From a virus, in IMG/VR virus record IMGVR_UViG_3300005805_000042: a stretch of 64,000 nucleotides of DNA. One strand, given 5' to 3'. Every line of letters begins with the position of its first letter. The stretch's first letter is position 1. The translations under genes were made by a program, and so were the position numbers. The notes below the pieces were generated by a model. It made no database searches. It saw only the letters and a list, made by a program, of their open reading frames with translations, and was not told where the DNA came from. This document shows, piece by piece, positions 26,084 to 35,748 of this stretch.

Positions 26084-27481
26084 TTATTGTTTTTTTCCTC
26101 TTAGTGCTTCAGCTCTTTTTTGCATTGCAGCCACAATCTCAGGTCTGAAAGATATTCGACTTTCAATATTTTCCTTGAAACGTTTAGATTCGGCATCAAA
26201 TTCTTGAGAACTATCGGTCTTACCCATGTTAATTAAGGATTTTGCATATTCTTCATTATCAATTAACTCCAAGTTATGTTGTTTGATTTCATCATCAGTC
26301 ATTTGACTTTCAATATCCTTCAAAAAAGACATCATTCTTTGTTTTTCTTGTTCACTAAATGAATCAGGACCAAAAAATGCCACACCTAAAACTAATAATA
26401 TCGCTGAACTTAATTGAACTCCAGCACCTTTCCACCATTTTTGGTCTATAAGTGCAATTTTCTTCAAAATTGATTTATCTGTAAGTCCTTGAGTTAATAG
26501 TTTATTCAAACCTTCTTCCATGATTTTTTTAAACTCGGTAGGGTCAGTTTTCATAACTTGTGAAAAAAGATACTTTTCAGGCTCATCTAAAACATCCTCA
26601 TAGAATTTAGTAACATCATCGGCATTTTTTAATTCAGCTTTTGAGGCTTTTTCAGCGATAGATTCTGCAACTTCTTTATTAGCCCCTTTGATGACTCGCA
26701 TGAATGGGAAAAAGTCTGTTAAAGGTAAAAGTGAGAATACAAGTGCCAATCCCATGGAAGTTGTTATATCTTCTCCTTGTTTAATTTCATAAATGGAAAA
26801 AGGAATATTAACGGCTAATTCACCTAATACTTGTGCTAATATCCTCATGGCTAATGGTGCACCTAATCCCAAAGTGAACTTTTCAATTATAATAGAAATT
26901 GCTATTGAACCTACAATTTGAAATACCACACCCCATTTATCCATAAATTTTTCTCCCCAAGATTTGAAATCTTCGGGATTGGGTGTTTTGTAAAATTCTC
27001 CATTAGCATTGACGTATCCTTTGAAATATAAACCTTTCGAATCATCGTAAGTTAATATTCCACCAAAGCTATCACCATCTATTTTAAACTTTCTAACAGT
27101 TCCTGGTACAAGAATTTTTTTCAAATCTTCTTCAGTCAGGTTGTATTTTTTAGAAATTTCAGAACCATTTTTAAACCACATCCAAGAAACAAAAGGTGTG
27201 TATTTTACAATTGAACTTTCGCTTTCTGAAGGAATGTATATGTAATCAACTCCTCCCTGAGGGTCACCAAATGCTGGTGTTAGAAATGCTTTGTACCCTT
27301 CGATTGGGTAAACCTTGAATTGTTCAAAGTCTTGAGCCTCTTTAGATATTGGAGTTTTTTCAGTTGATTTTAAATCAAGGGCACCAGTAAGAGGTACTGT
27401 CTGTTCAGACAAAGTTTTTTTTGGGTCATAAAACATCTTGACCTTTATTTCATTTAATATGTCTAATTGAACTTGATTCAT
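26084..27481 (-). CDS. putative virion protein with several TM-like segments
   Basis: 465 aa; FYDPKKTLSEQ leader; hydrophobic helices. Confidence 0.6.
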   Translation of the reverse strand: MNQVQLDILNEIKVKMFYDPKKTLSEQTVPLTGALDLKSTEKTPISKEAQDFEQFKVYPIEGYKAFLTPAFGDPQGGVDYIYIPSESESSIVKYTPFVSWMWFKNGSEISKKYNLTEEDLKKILVPGTVRKFKIDGDSFGGILTYDDSKGLYFKGYVNANGEFYKTPNPEDFKSWGEKFMDKWGVVFQIVGSIAISIIIEKFTLGLGAPLAMRILAQVLGELAVNIPFSIYEIKQGEDITTSMGLALVFSLLPLTDFFPFMRVIKGANKEVAESIAEKASKAELKNADDVTKFYEDVLDEPEKYLFSQVMKTDPTEFKKIMEEGLNKLLTQGLTDKSILKKIALIDQKWWKGAGVQLSSAILLVLGVAFFGPDSFSEQEKQRMMSFLKDIESQMTDDEIKQHNLELIDNEEYAKSLINMGKTDSSQEFDAESKRFKENIESRISFRPEIVAAMQKRAEALRGKKQ

Positions 27482-27756
27482 GTGAGGGGATTGGCTTTAC
27501 CTCTTGAAACACCTGAGTCCCACTTATATTTGGGGTCACCCATATAAGTTTTACCCATAGACCTGTCACTTTTCCACACATATCCATGTCCACCATAAGT
27601 TTTACCCATCTTTCTTCCCGACTCCCATGATTTGGCACTTGATGTTGAACCAGCAGAACCCCCCGTTTCAGCAGAGTCCTCTTGTTCTACCATCTCATTT
27701 TTGGATGATAAAACCTTAGATATGGTCTTTATTATATTATCAACATTCAAATCCAT
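27478..27756 (-). CDS. small protein with three W-x-S-x3-4-G-K repeats
   Basis: KSWESGRKMGKT, VWKSDRSMGKT, KWDSGVSRGKANPL. Confidence 0.65.
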   Translation of the reverse strand: MDLNVDNIIKTISKVLSSKNEMVEQEDSAETGGSAGSTSSAKSWESGRKMGKTYGGHGYVWKSDRSMGKTYMGDPKYKWDSGVSRGKANPLT

Positions 27757-27804
27757 AAAGATAAATATTTTGATTATCCATAAAATAGTGTTATATTTTG
27801 TTTT

Positions 27805-28329
27805 ATGAAGAAACTATGGGTATTTATTGTCTTTTTTGTTGTAGGTTGTGAGGTTTACACCACTGAAACCAAAACACCCACCTTAAGTGGTAAGTATGTG
27901 ATTAACCTCATTCAGATGTATCCTACAGACCAAGATGTATCCCCAAATAAAACTTACTATCCTGCAGATACTTTTATCTCTGAGCTCCCTTATCCTTTTG
28001 ATACCTTAGTCATCGGCAATTTTTTCCTACACTTTGACTATTCGATGGTAATGATGAAAAGAATGGGTGTGGACTTTGGTGGTCGGGATATATGGGAGAT
28101 TGGACCCACACCATATTATATTAGAAATGGGACACCCTTTTACACTGGTGACTTACAGTTCACATATGAATATAAAAAGGGGGGTAACACACATTGGATT
28201 ACCTCAACATTCACCATTATTGATGATGGGTACGAACATTTGATTATTCAGACCAAAGGATATTGGCCCAATGTTGAGATGGGTGAAAATTTACACACCA
28301 CATTTACTCTAACAAGAGTCGGACCTTAA
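27805..28329 (+). CDS. putative lipoprotein
   Basis: MKKLWVFIVFFVVGC signal peptide ending in a lipobox Cys. Confidence 0.65.
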   Translation: MKKLWVFIVFFVVGCEVYTTETKTPTLSGKYVINLIQMYPTDQDVSPNKTYYPADTFISELPYPFDTLVIGNFFLHFDYSMVMMKRMGVDFGGRDIWEIGPTPYYIRNGTPFYTGDLQFTYEYKKGGNTHWITSTFTIIDDGYEHLIIQTKGYWPNVEMGENLHTTFTLTRVGP

Positions 28330-28646
28330 TAGATTGTTGGTTTTGGTAGATTTTCAGGGTTAACAAGGTAATACTCGTTCAGAAAAGATATGAGTTCCTC
28401 TTCATCAACGGTAATGTCCTCTTCAAAATCATAATCACTTTCATCTTCATAATCGTCGTCATCATCAATGTCCTCGAAAAAGTCAAAATCTTCGATGGTG
28501 ATGTCATAACCATATTCTTCAACTAAAGAATAATCTATTTTATCGGTTCTTTGTTCATCCTCAGCATCTTCTATGGTCCTGAATGAAACATCAAGAATAT
28601 TAGATTTTAAGTTGATGTTGTAATTTAGTATCTCTAAAATTTCCAT
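28326..28646 (-). CDS. acidic hypothetical protein
   Basis: 106 aa, D/E-rich. Confidence 0.65.
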   Translation of the reverse strand: MEILEILNYNINLKSNILDVSFRTIEDAEDEQRTDKIDYSLVEEYGYDITIEDFDFFEDIDDDDDYEDESDYDFEEDITVDEEELISFLNEYYLVNPENLPKPTIY

Positions 28647-28734
28647 AATAAAACTTTATTAAACAAATATATTAAATCCATAGAAAATACTTTTCTTATT
28701 TAAACAAAATGATTATTTTTCTAAAAAAAATTAT

Positions 28735-29313
28735 ATGAGAATCAACTCTTTAGTAATCGATGATTTTTATTCTAACCCTACCGAAGTTAGAGAATTTGCA
28801 TTAAAACAAGAATTTAAAGTCAGAGGAAACTACCCAGGGCAAAGAACCGAATCATTTTTAAATGATGCAATAAAAGCCAAAATTCAAGAAATTTTATACC
28901 CCATTGCTGGCACTGTCACCTTTTGGGGTGGTGAATACACTGGTTCCTTTCAGTATACAGTAGCCAAAGACCGTTCATGGATACATTCCGACTCAACCAC
29001 CGATTGGGCTTGTTTGGTTTATTTAACCCCTGACGCACCCATAACCGCTGGTACAGGTATTTTCAAACACAAAGAGACTGATTTGATGACTTGGGATTAT
29101 AGAAACAAAAGTCCTGAATATCTTAAATCCGCACCTCCAGGAGACGATTTTCAGGATATGACAAAGTGGGACATGGTTGATAGATTTGGTAATCTTTTCA
29201 ATAGAATGATAATGTACCGAGCAGACAATTACCATATGTCTTTAGACTACTTTGGTAATAGCAAAGAAAATGGTAGATTATTTCAAGTTTTCTTTTTGAA
29301 TACTGAACGATAG
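28735..29313 (+). CDS. DUF6445-like 2OG-Fe(II) oxygenase-fold protein
   Basis: VIDDFYSNP, WIHSD, FNRMIMY..H and RLFQVFF motifs. Confidence 0.75.
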   Translation: MRINSLVIDDFYSNPTEVREFALKQEFKVRGNYPGQRTESFLNDAIKAKIQEILYPIAGTVTFWGGEYTGSFQYTVAKDRSWIHSDSTTDWACLVYLTPDAPITAGTGIFKHKETDLMTWDYRNKSPEYLKSAPPGDDFQDMTKWDMVDRFGNLFNRMIMYRADNYHMSLDYFGNSKENGRLFQVFFLNTER

Positions 29314-29315
29314 TA

Positions 29316-29744
29316 TTATTCGAAAATTGTGGGGTCAGTTAAATAAATTACCTCAGTGAGTCCTTCTAAACAATAACATTTTACTTCTTGGCTGGTGCCA
29401 GCAATTTTTTGACCGTTTTTAAAACCGATAAATTTGGGTCCATAACAACCACAAGTAGGATTAAAAAGTTGCGTACCTACATATCTAAATCTGTATAAAA
29501 ATGGTAGTGAATCTTCAATAATAGACTCGTAAACTTTTATACCCAATTCTTCAACTAAGATATCAAGGGGTGATGTACATTTTTCCCCATTAATTGGGGA
29601 CAAGGGTCTAATAGCCAAACCCTTTGTACAACCCCCATCATTCACATTTCGGTTAACAAAATGCCAAAAAAAAACTTCTTCTTCTTTAGCAATTTTATTA
29701 AACTCTGAAATGTCAATTATTTGAAATTTGGTCCCGATATCCAT
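29316..29744 (-). CDS. hypothetical Cys-containing protein
   Basis: 142 aa ORF. Confidence 0.55.
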   Translation of the reverse strand: MDIGTKFQIIDISEFNKIAKEEEVFFWHFVNRNVNDGGCTKGLAIRPLSPINGEKCTSPLDILVEELGIKVYESIIEDSLPFLYRFRYVGTQLFNPTCGCYGPKFIGFKNGQKIAGTSQEVKCYCLEGLTEVIYLTDPTIFE

Positions 29745-30355
29745 GAAACAAGAGAAATTCTTTTACCAGATGTTACTGGTGTAACCCTATGGAGTGTGAA
29801 TGATGCGAAGAAACAAACTAATCCTCTTTCTTTGGGGATTTGAATAATATTACCATTGTTTATTTCTAAAACACCACCCTCGTAGTCCTTTGGGTCTGAT
29901 AACTGAATAACACAAGAAAGTTTTCTGTTAGACATTCCCGGACCAACATCTGTATGCCAATCGTAATGTCCACCACCACCGTTATAGACAGTATACTGTA
30001 GGTCATCTTGATAACCCCAAAGGTCAAAATTCCACATTTGGGCATTTGCCGCAATTGATAATTCAGTGATTCTTTCATAAACCCAAAGAAAATCATCATT
30101 TTGAGGAATCCATGAAATTTCACTTTTCCTATGGTCAGATTGTGTTGAGGTGTCACCAGCACCTACTAACCCTAATTGTTTAGGAAGTTTGTTGGCGGTC
30201 TTAATCAAAGTATCTAACTCATCATCGGTAAATGCATTTACATAATAGTAATAGTTCATGTGATTGAGGTCGGTTCTGTGTTGGGCAACAAAAGGATATG
30301 ATAAATTCATTTTAATTTTTTCTTCAAAAATAACACACCTTGAACTAATATTCAA
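29717..30355 (-). CDS. 2OG-Fe(II) oxygenase (PKHD/P4H-like)
   Basis: YDWHTD, DYEGG and HRVTPVTSGKRISLVSW; likely start at MNLSYPF. Confidence 0.9.
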   Translation of the reverse strand: MNISSRCVIFEEKIKMNLSYPFVAQHRTDLNHMNYYYYVNAFTDDELDTLIKTANKLPKQLGLVGAGDTSTQSDHRKSEISWIPQNDDFLWVYERITELSIAANAQMWNFDLWGYQDDLQYTVYNGGGGHYDWHTDVGPGMSNRKLSCVIQLSDPKDYEGGVLEINNGNIIQIPKERGLVCFFASFTLHRVTPVTSGKRISLVSWISGPNFK

Positions 30356-30367
30356 CTATTACTATCT

Positions 30368-31366
30368 ATGAAACAGAAAATCTTTGATGTTATTTTTTTT
30401 TACAACGAACTTAACCTTCTTGATAAAAGAATTGAGTACATGGGAAATCATGTTACAAAATTTATAATTTTAAATTTTGGACCAATTCATTTAAACACCT
30501 ACCAAGATAATATTCAGGTTTACAAGATGTCTTTTAGAAAAGCACCTTTTTTTAGAAATAATTTTTTAGAATATCTTTTTTATCTATTTGATTTTGATGA
30601 TTTCAAATATGATGATTTTTTTATTTTTTCCAAAGTAGATGAACTTCCTGACCTTGAGTCTCTCTTTAGTGAAATCAACCCCAAAAGTTTTATTCCATTG
30701 GTTTTAAACCACACTAACTACGCATGGTCACACTTATTACAATCCAAAGAAACATATTTTGGTTCAAGAATATTTCAATATACTAACTTTTTACAAAATA
30801 CTCATTTACACCATTCATTATACAATAATAATCCCCTTTTGTGGAACGCACAAATTATTGATAACGGATTTAGATTATTTGGGTTTGGTTCTTTGGAGAC
30901 CTTGGAGTTATCAAAAAATTTTTGGTATGATGAATCACCTCACAATCAAACAAATCTTTTGAATTTATTGGACCAACATAATTCAATCAATTATGATGAA
31001 AAAATTATTCACCATACTTTAGTTGAAAATACTTTGGTACCCATACATTTTCATAGTTTGTCTCACGAAGTAAAAAATACGGAAAAATCTATATTATTCT
31101 TGGATTTAGCGGTATCCGATAATGAAATTCATTACAATTTTAACGGACAACAAAATATTGAAATAATCAATTATCCATCAAGGGTTTTATATTCCGATAA
31201 AAATTATGAAGATTTCCAAAGTGATTTTAAAAAAAATGAAATACTAAGAATTTTGAAAAAATTACCCACAGAAAATATCAAACATATTGAAATAAAAAAA
31301 ACCACAGAAACTGTGGTTTTTAATATGGAGGAAATTATTAATTCAGTCCCGAGTGAGTTACTTTAG
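30368..31366 (+). CDS. GT17-like glycosyltransferase (possibly degenerate)
   Basis: IFDVIFFYNELNLLDKR and SKVDELP motifs. Confidence 0.55.
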   Translation: MKQKIFDVIFFYNELNLLDKRIEYMGNHVTKFIILNFGPIHLNTYQDNIQVYKMSFRKAPFFRNNFLEYLFYLFDFDDFKYDDFFIFSKVDELPDLESLFSEINPKSFIPLVLNHTNYAWSHLLQSKETYFGSRIFQYTNFLQNTHLHHSLYNNNPLLWNAQIIDNGFRLFGFGSLETLELSKNFWYDESPHNQTNLLNLLDQHNSINYDEKIIHHTLVENTLVPIHFHSLSHEVKNTEKSILFLDLAVSDNEIHYNFNGQQNIEIINYPSRVLYSDKNYEDFQSDFKKNEILRILKKLPTENIKHIEIKKTTETVVFNMEEIINSVPSELL

Positions 31367-32100
31367 AATTTTGACATTCGTTTGAACATTTCTAAAATAA
31401 CCTCTTTCTGTTCTACGGTGCTTTCATCCAAGATTTCATCTTCTTCGTAAATGTCGCCATCCGCGGTGTCACCATATGAATCGCCAGCCTCAGGTCCATC
31501 AGAAACAAAGTTATAGGCTTTATCCTCACCACCCATCATTTCTTGACCATCATACTCTTTATTCATCATTTTATTCATTCGTGCAACCATCTCACGAGCA
31601 TCAGAATCAGTATCATGTTGTGATTCGTAATCTAAAACATCTTGTTGGTCCTGATATTCTTGATTAATAGTATCAAAATCAGTCTTTGAATTAAATTCTT
31701 CAGGACCATCTGTTCCGAAGTTGTATGCGGATTCCATTTCATCGTATTGTTCTTCGATGTCGTCTTCTTTGTAGAGTTTCTTGTGCATACCCTCAAAAGT
31801 ATCAATATCATTGGATGAACCTTGAATATAATCAAACCCAGCTTTTGGGTCTAAATCTTGGGTAACATCAAGTTTTTGACCGTACATTTGTTCGTTAATA
31901 CCCATATTTGAAAATCCCTGAACTTTGCCGTTATTACCCACTGTCATACCTAACTTGTCCTTAGCAAAGTCTTGTACTGTTAGTGGTGTGAGATTATTTG
32001 TTGTATTTAAAGTGGCATATCCATCATATTGTGTTTGATGTTGTTTTAGAATATTTTCTTTTTCAGAATCACTTGGATTCCATATAGTCATGTATGACAT
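31363..32100 (-). CDS. acidic putative virion protein with AYNFxSDGP repeats
   Basis: Leader SDSEKENILKQH; AGFDYIQGS, SAYNFGTDGP and KAYNFVSDGP repeats. Confidence 0.6.
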   Translation of the reverse strand: MSYMTIWNPSDSEKENILKQHQTQYDGYATLNTTNNLTPLTVQDFAKDKLGMTVGNNGKVQGFSNMGINEQMYGQKLDVTQDLDPKAGFDYIQGSSNDIDTFEGMHKKLYKEDDIEEQYDEMESAYNFGTDGPEEFNSKTDFDTINQEYQDQQDVLDYESQHDTDSDAREMVARMNKMMNKEYDGQEMMGGEDKAYNFVSDGPEAGDSYGDTADGDIYEEDEILDESTVEQKEVILEMFKRMSKF

Positions 32101-32171
32101 AATCAGATGTTTTGTTATAAATAGTTCTTCAAACCTCTTTTTTTGTTTTTCACTTTTACTATAATTGATTC

Positions 32172-32429
32172 ATGGATTTAGACGAACTTTTTGAAACAGC
32201 TGAAGGAGCCGTTGTTCTCACTGGATTTGATGAGGCAATAATTGGACTTGTTGAAGAATTTGGTAATGGACCTAGAATACTATACTCAAGAGAAAAAATA
32301 TTACAAATACTCCAAGAAAGAGATGAAATGAATTTTGACGATGCGTTGGATTTCTATGATTTTAACATTCTTGGTATGTATGTCGGAGAACAAAATCCAC
32401 TAATCCTTTATGAAACCTTAAACAAATAA
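32172..32429 (+). CDS. conserved hypothetical phage protein
   Basis: LTGFDEAIIG, YSREKI and FYDFNILGMYVGEQNP. Confidence 0.7.
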   Translation: MDLDELFETAEGAVVLTGFDEAIIGLVEEFGNGPRILYSREKILQILQERDEMNFDDALDFYDFNILGMYVGEQNPLILYETLNK

Positions 32430-32434
32430 TAACT

Positions 32435-32647
32435 ATGGTAACACTTACTTTTAATACCACCACCAAAACTGTGAAAATCTCAAACACAGCAGATAAAAAC
32501 ATATACGAATACTCAAATATCCCAACTGTCAAAGTTCGGGACGGATTCTATGAGGTAATGCAAAAAGAGGCATCTCTTACAGAAGAAATTCAAATCCCAA
32601 TTTGTCGTCTTCCTATCTCACAAACCATAATGTTTATTACTAAATAA
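32435..32647 (+). CDS. hypothetical protein
   Basis: 70 aa ORF within the operon. Confidence 0.6.
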   Translation: MVTLTFNTTTKTVKISNTADKNIYEYSNIPTVKVRDGFYEVMQKEASLTEEIQIPICRLPISQTIMFITK

Positions 32648-32652
32648 AAAAA

Positions 32653-33396
32653 ATGATTAATACTGAACTATCAAATCTGCTTAAAACCAGCTACCAATCC
32701 GCATTTCCATTTCCACACATTGTAATTGATAATTTTATTCAAGAAGATATTGTAAATGAGGTTGCCGAGGAAGTAAAAAAATATGAAATGTGGGGATATG
32801 ACCCTTCAGCCTACTCTGTAAAACATCAAGTAAATAAATTTTTTAGTCCCTGGTGTGATGAAAACTTGAATGATATTCAACAAACCGCACCAAAAACTTG
32901 GCAGGTTTTATCTTACCTTAACTCTAAAGAGGCAACTTTATTCTTGGAAACCTTAACCGGTATTGATAATATTCTTCCCGATAACAAATTTGTTGGTGGT
33001 GGAATGCATAAAATTAACACAGGTGGAAGATTAGCCGTACATGCGGATTACAATGTCCACCCTGAAAATGAACTTCATCGAAGAATCAATTTACTCCTTT
33101 ATTTGAATAAAGATTGGAAATCTGAGTGGGGAGGAAATTTAGAATTGTGGGAAAAAGATATGTCTAAAGTTACACACTCTATTGAACCTGTTTTCAATCG
33201 GGCAGTAATTTTCAATATTACTGATGATGCGTTCCATGGACATCCTCACCCACTTAAATGTCCCGAGGATGTTTCTCGTTACTCTTTAGCTCTATACTAT
33301 TTTACTGAGACACGACCTGAAAATGAAATTAGTGAAAAACATGCGGCAATATGGCAAGAGCACGACCACAGTGTGAGAAACTACGCGAAGTTTTAA
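32653..33396 (+). CDS. 2OG-Fe(II) oxygenase
   Basis: PFPHIVIDNF, GGGMH, VHADYN, GGNLELW, HGHP and RYSLALYY. Confidence 0.9.
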   Translation: MINTELSNLLKTSYQSAFPFPHIVIDNFIQEDIVNEVAEEVKKYEMWGYDPSAYSVKHQVNKFFSPWCDENLNDIQQTAPKTWQVLSYLNSKEATLFLETLTGIDNILPDNKFVGGGMHKINTGGRLAVHADYNVHPENELHRRINLLLYLNKDWKSEWGGNLELWEKDMSKVTHSIEPVFNRAVIFNITDDAFHGHPHPLKCPEDVSRYSLALYYFTETRPENEISEKHAAIWQEHDHSVRNYAKF

Positions 33397-33397
33397 T

Positions 33398-34390
33398 ATG
33401 AATAACTTAGATAAAAACTATCAAGTATTATTAAAAGACATTCTTGATAATGGTATTATCAAAGAGGACCGTACAGGTACGGGTACCCTATCAGTATTTG
33501 GTCGTCAGATTCGACATAATATGTCCGAGGGGTATCCACTTCTCACCACTAAAAAAATGGCGGTCAAAGCGATGATAACCGAACTAAAATGGTTTCTTAA
33601 AGGTGATACCAATATCAAGTATTTGGTTGAGAATGGATGCCATATTTGGGATGGTGATGCGTATAAATCATATGTGAATAGTAATGAAGTTAGGTGGCCT
33701 ATGAGTCAAGAGATGTTCATTGATATGATTAAAACAGATAATGAGTTTGCAAAGAAGTGGGGTGAATTAGGACCAATTTACGGTAAGCAATGGAGAGCAT
33801 TTGATGAAGAGGAATGGGGCGGTATAGACCAAATCCAAAACCTAATCAACGACCTAAAAACAAACCCAGACTCAAGACGATTAATGGTTACAGCTTGGAA
33901 TCCATCTTATCAGCATCAAATGGTTCTTCCGCCTTGTCATTATGGATTTCAAGTTTACACAAAAGAAATGACTTTGGAGGAGCGACTCGAATGGAACTAT
34001 GCGAATACTGACCCTTTGTCAAGAAGTATGGATTATTTCCCTGAACACCTTGATTCAATGGGTGTTCCCAAAAGAAAGATTTCGTTGATGTGGAATCAAA
34101 GGTCTTGTGATTTTCCGTTGGGAATTCCAATGAATATTTCATCATATGCTCTTTTGTTGGAATTAATCGGTAAAGAAGTAAATATGGTTCCTGATGAACT
34201 GATTGGGAATTTGGGGGATTGTCACATATATCTTAATCAAATAGAGGGTGTAAAACAACAACTAAAAAGAGAACCATATGATTTACCAAAAATCCATCTT
34301 TCGAATTCTAACCTACTAAATGGAGAATTTGATTATGAGATTATTGGATATGTATCGCATCCTAAAATATATTTTCCATTGTCTAACTGA
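33398..34390 (+). CDS. thyA: thymidylate synthase
   Basis: DRTGTGT, ELKWFLKG, YGKQWR, DSRR, LPPCH, QRSCD, PMNISSY (Asn, dUMP-type) and GDCHIY. Confidence 0.97.
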   Translation: MNNLDKNYQVLLKDILDNGIIKEDRTGTGTLSVFGRQIRHNMSEGYPLLTTKKMAVKAMITELKWFLKGDTNIKYLVENGCHIWDGDAYKSYVNSNEVRWPMSQEMFIDMIKTDNEFAKKWGELGPIYGKQWRAFDEEEWGGIDQIQNLINDLKTNPDSRRLMVTAWNPSYQHQMVLPPCHYGFQVYTKEMTLEERLEWNYANTDPLSRSMDYFPEHLDSMGVPKRKISLMWNQRSCDFPLGIPMNISSYALLLELIGKEVNMVPDELIGNLGDCHIYLNQIEGVKQQLKREPYDLPKIHLSNSNLLNGEFDYEIIGYVSHPKIYFPLSN

Positions 34391-35206
34391 TTTTTAAGAT
34401 TACCCTTTAATTTAAACATTCGGTGGGTATTTATATTAAAAGGTAATCCAATGATTGGTATTTATAGAATCAAAAATTTGATTAATGAAAAATGTTATTA
34501 TGGGTCATCGAAAGATATTAAAAAAAGAATACTCAGACATAAGCGAGAACTAAAAAATAAAATTCATATTAATTCTATATTACAAAGAGCGTGGAACAAG
34601 TATGGTGAAGAAAATTTTATTTTTGAAATTGTAGAGGAATGTGATGTTAAATTTTTGCTTAAAATTGAACAAAAGTATTTAGATTCACAACCTGAATACA
34701 ACATAGGTATAAAATCGAGTGGAGGTGATAATTTAACCAAAAACCCAAATAAGAATAAAATTATAAAAAAAATGACCAAGTCCGTGAAAAAAAGATTTGA
34801 GTTGATGTCTGAAGAAGAAAAAAAAGAAAAATATTCCCAACCATTAGATAAAAATCCTAATTGGAGGGGTGGTTCAAGTTTCAAATATTGTGAATGTGGG
34901 ACTAAGATAGCTCCAATTAATAATACTTGCATGAGGTGTAAAAATATTTTAGGTATTAATAATCCGTTTTATGGTAAACAACATTCTGAAGAAACTAAAA
35001 AAATATTAAGTGAAAAAAGAAAGGGCAAGAAACCAAGTAATATGAAACAAATTTTGATTCATGATATTGTTTATGAGAGTTTGGCTGAAGCCTCGAGACA
35101 AACGGGTATTCCATCACCAACTATCTTATGGAGAATCAATTCTAAAAATAAAAAATATGAAAATTACTTGTACCACCCTAAAATCGAAGCACCCTTAAGT
35201 AATTAA
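34358..35206 (+). mobile_element. homing endonuclease element bounded by a duplicated, recoded ThyA C-terminus
   Basis: HPKIYFPLSN* at 34358-34390 and HPKIEAPLSN* at 35174-35206. Confidence 0.75.
34451..35206 (+). CDS. GIY-YIG homing endonuclease with NUMOD3- and HTH-like DNA-binding modules
   Basis: GIYRIKN, YYGSS, R..RH, EQKYLD and YNI; NPFYGKQHSEETK; YESLAEASRQTGI. Confidence 0.92.
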   Translation: MIGIYRIKNLINEKCYYGSSKDIKKRILRHKRELKNKIHINSILQRAWNKYGEENFIFEIVEECDVKFLLKIEQKYLDSQPEYNIGIKSSGGDNLTKNPNKNKIIKKMTKSVKKRFELMSEEEKKEKYSQPLDKNPNWRGGSSFKYCECGTKIAPINNTCMRCKNILGINNPFYGKQHSEETKKILSEKRKGKKPSNMKQILIHDIVYESLAEASRQTGIPSPTILWRINSKNKKYENYLYHPKIEAPLSN

Positions 35207-35208
35207 TT

Positions 35209-35748
35209 ATGGATTTTCCAATATTAGTTGAGCACCCCACTTTTGGAGACCATCGTGGTAATTTTTGTGCATCACCTATCATAATGATGAGTGACAAACG
35301 ATTAGATAAAAATTGGGTTCAGGTTAATACCAGTATTAGTGTTGACCTCTTTACACTTAGGGGTCTTCATTTTCAAAATCACCCATTTCAACAAACCAAA
35401 TATATGAAACCTATATGGGGTTCAATTTTGAATTTTGTAGTTTGTGTCGATAAAAAAAGACCTGATTTTGGTGAGGTTTACTCATTCAATATTGATGTAA
35501 ATCATGCAGTTTTAATTCCAAGGGGATTTGCTAATGGTGTTTTGACCTTAGAACCGAACACAATCATTCAATATTTCGTGGATAATTCGTTCTCAAAGGA
35601 ACACGACCAATCCCTAAAGTGGGATAGTCACTCTGAAATAAAGCACATAGTTAATCAATTTACGGATTCTCCTATTATTTCAGAAAAAGATAAAAATGGT
35701 TTTTTGTGGGATGACTTGGTATCAGAAAAATACCATATACATTGCTAA
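35209..35748 (+). CDS. rmlC: dTDP-4-dehydrorhamnose 3,5-epimerase family
   Basis: FGDHRGNF, QVNTS, TLRGLHFQ, QTK and IPRGFANG motifs. Confidence 0.88.
   Translation: MDFPILVEHPTFGDHRGNFCASPIIMMSDKRLDKNWVQVNTSISVDLFTLRGLHFQNHPFQQTKYMKPIWGSILNFVVCVDKKRPDFGEVYSFNIDVNHAVLIPRGFANGVLTLEPNTIIQYFVDNSFSKEHDQSLKWDSHSEIKHIVNQFTDSPIISEKDKNGFLWDDLVSEKYHIHC

Noticed and set aside
33398-34390. dCMP hydroxymethylase or base-modifying ThyA homologue
   Set aside because: It keeps the Asn specificity residue (PMNISSY) of canonical dUMP methylases.
34390-35206. Group I intron in thyA carrying the endonuclease
   Set aside because: thyA is complete with its own stop, only 60 nt precede the HEG, and no P/Q/R/S core motifs are visible.
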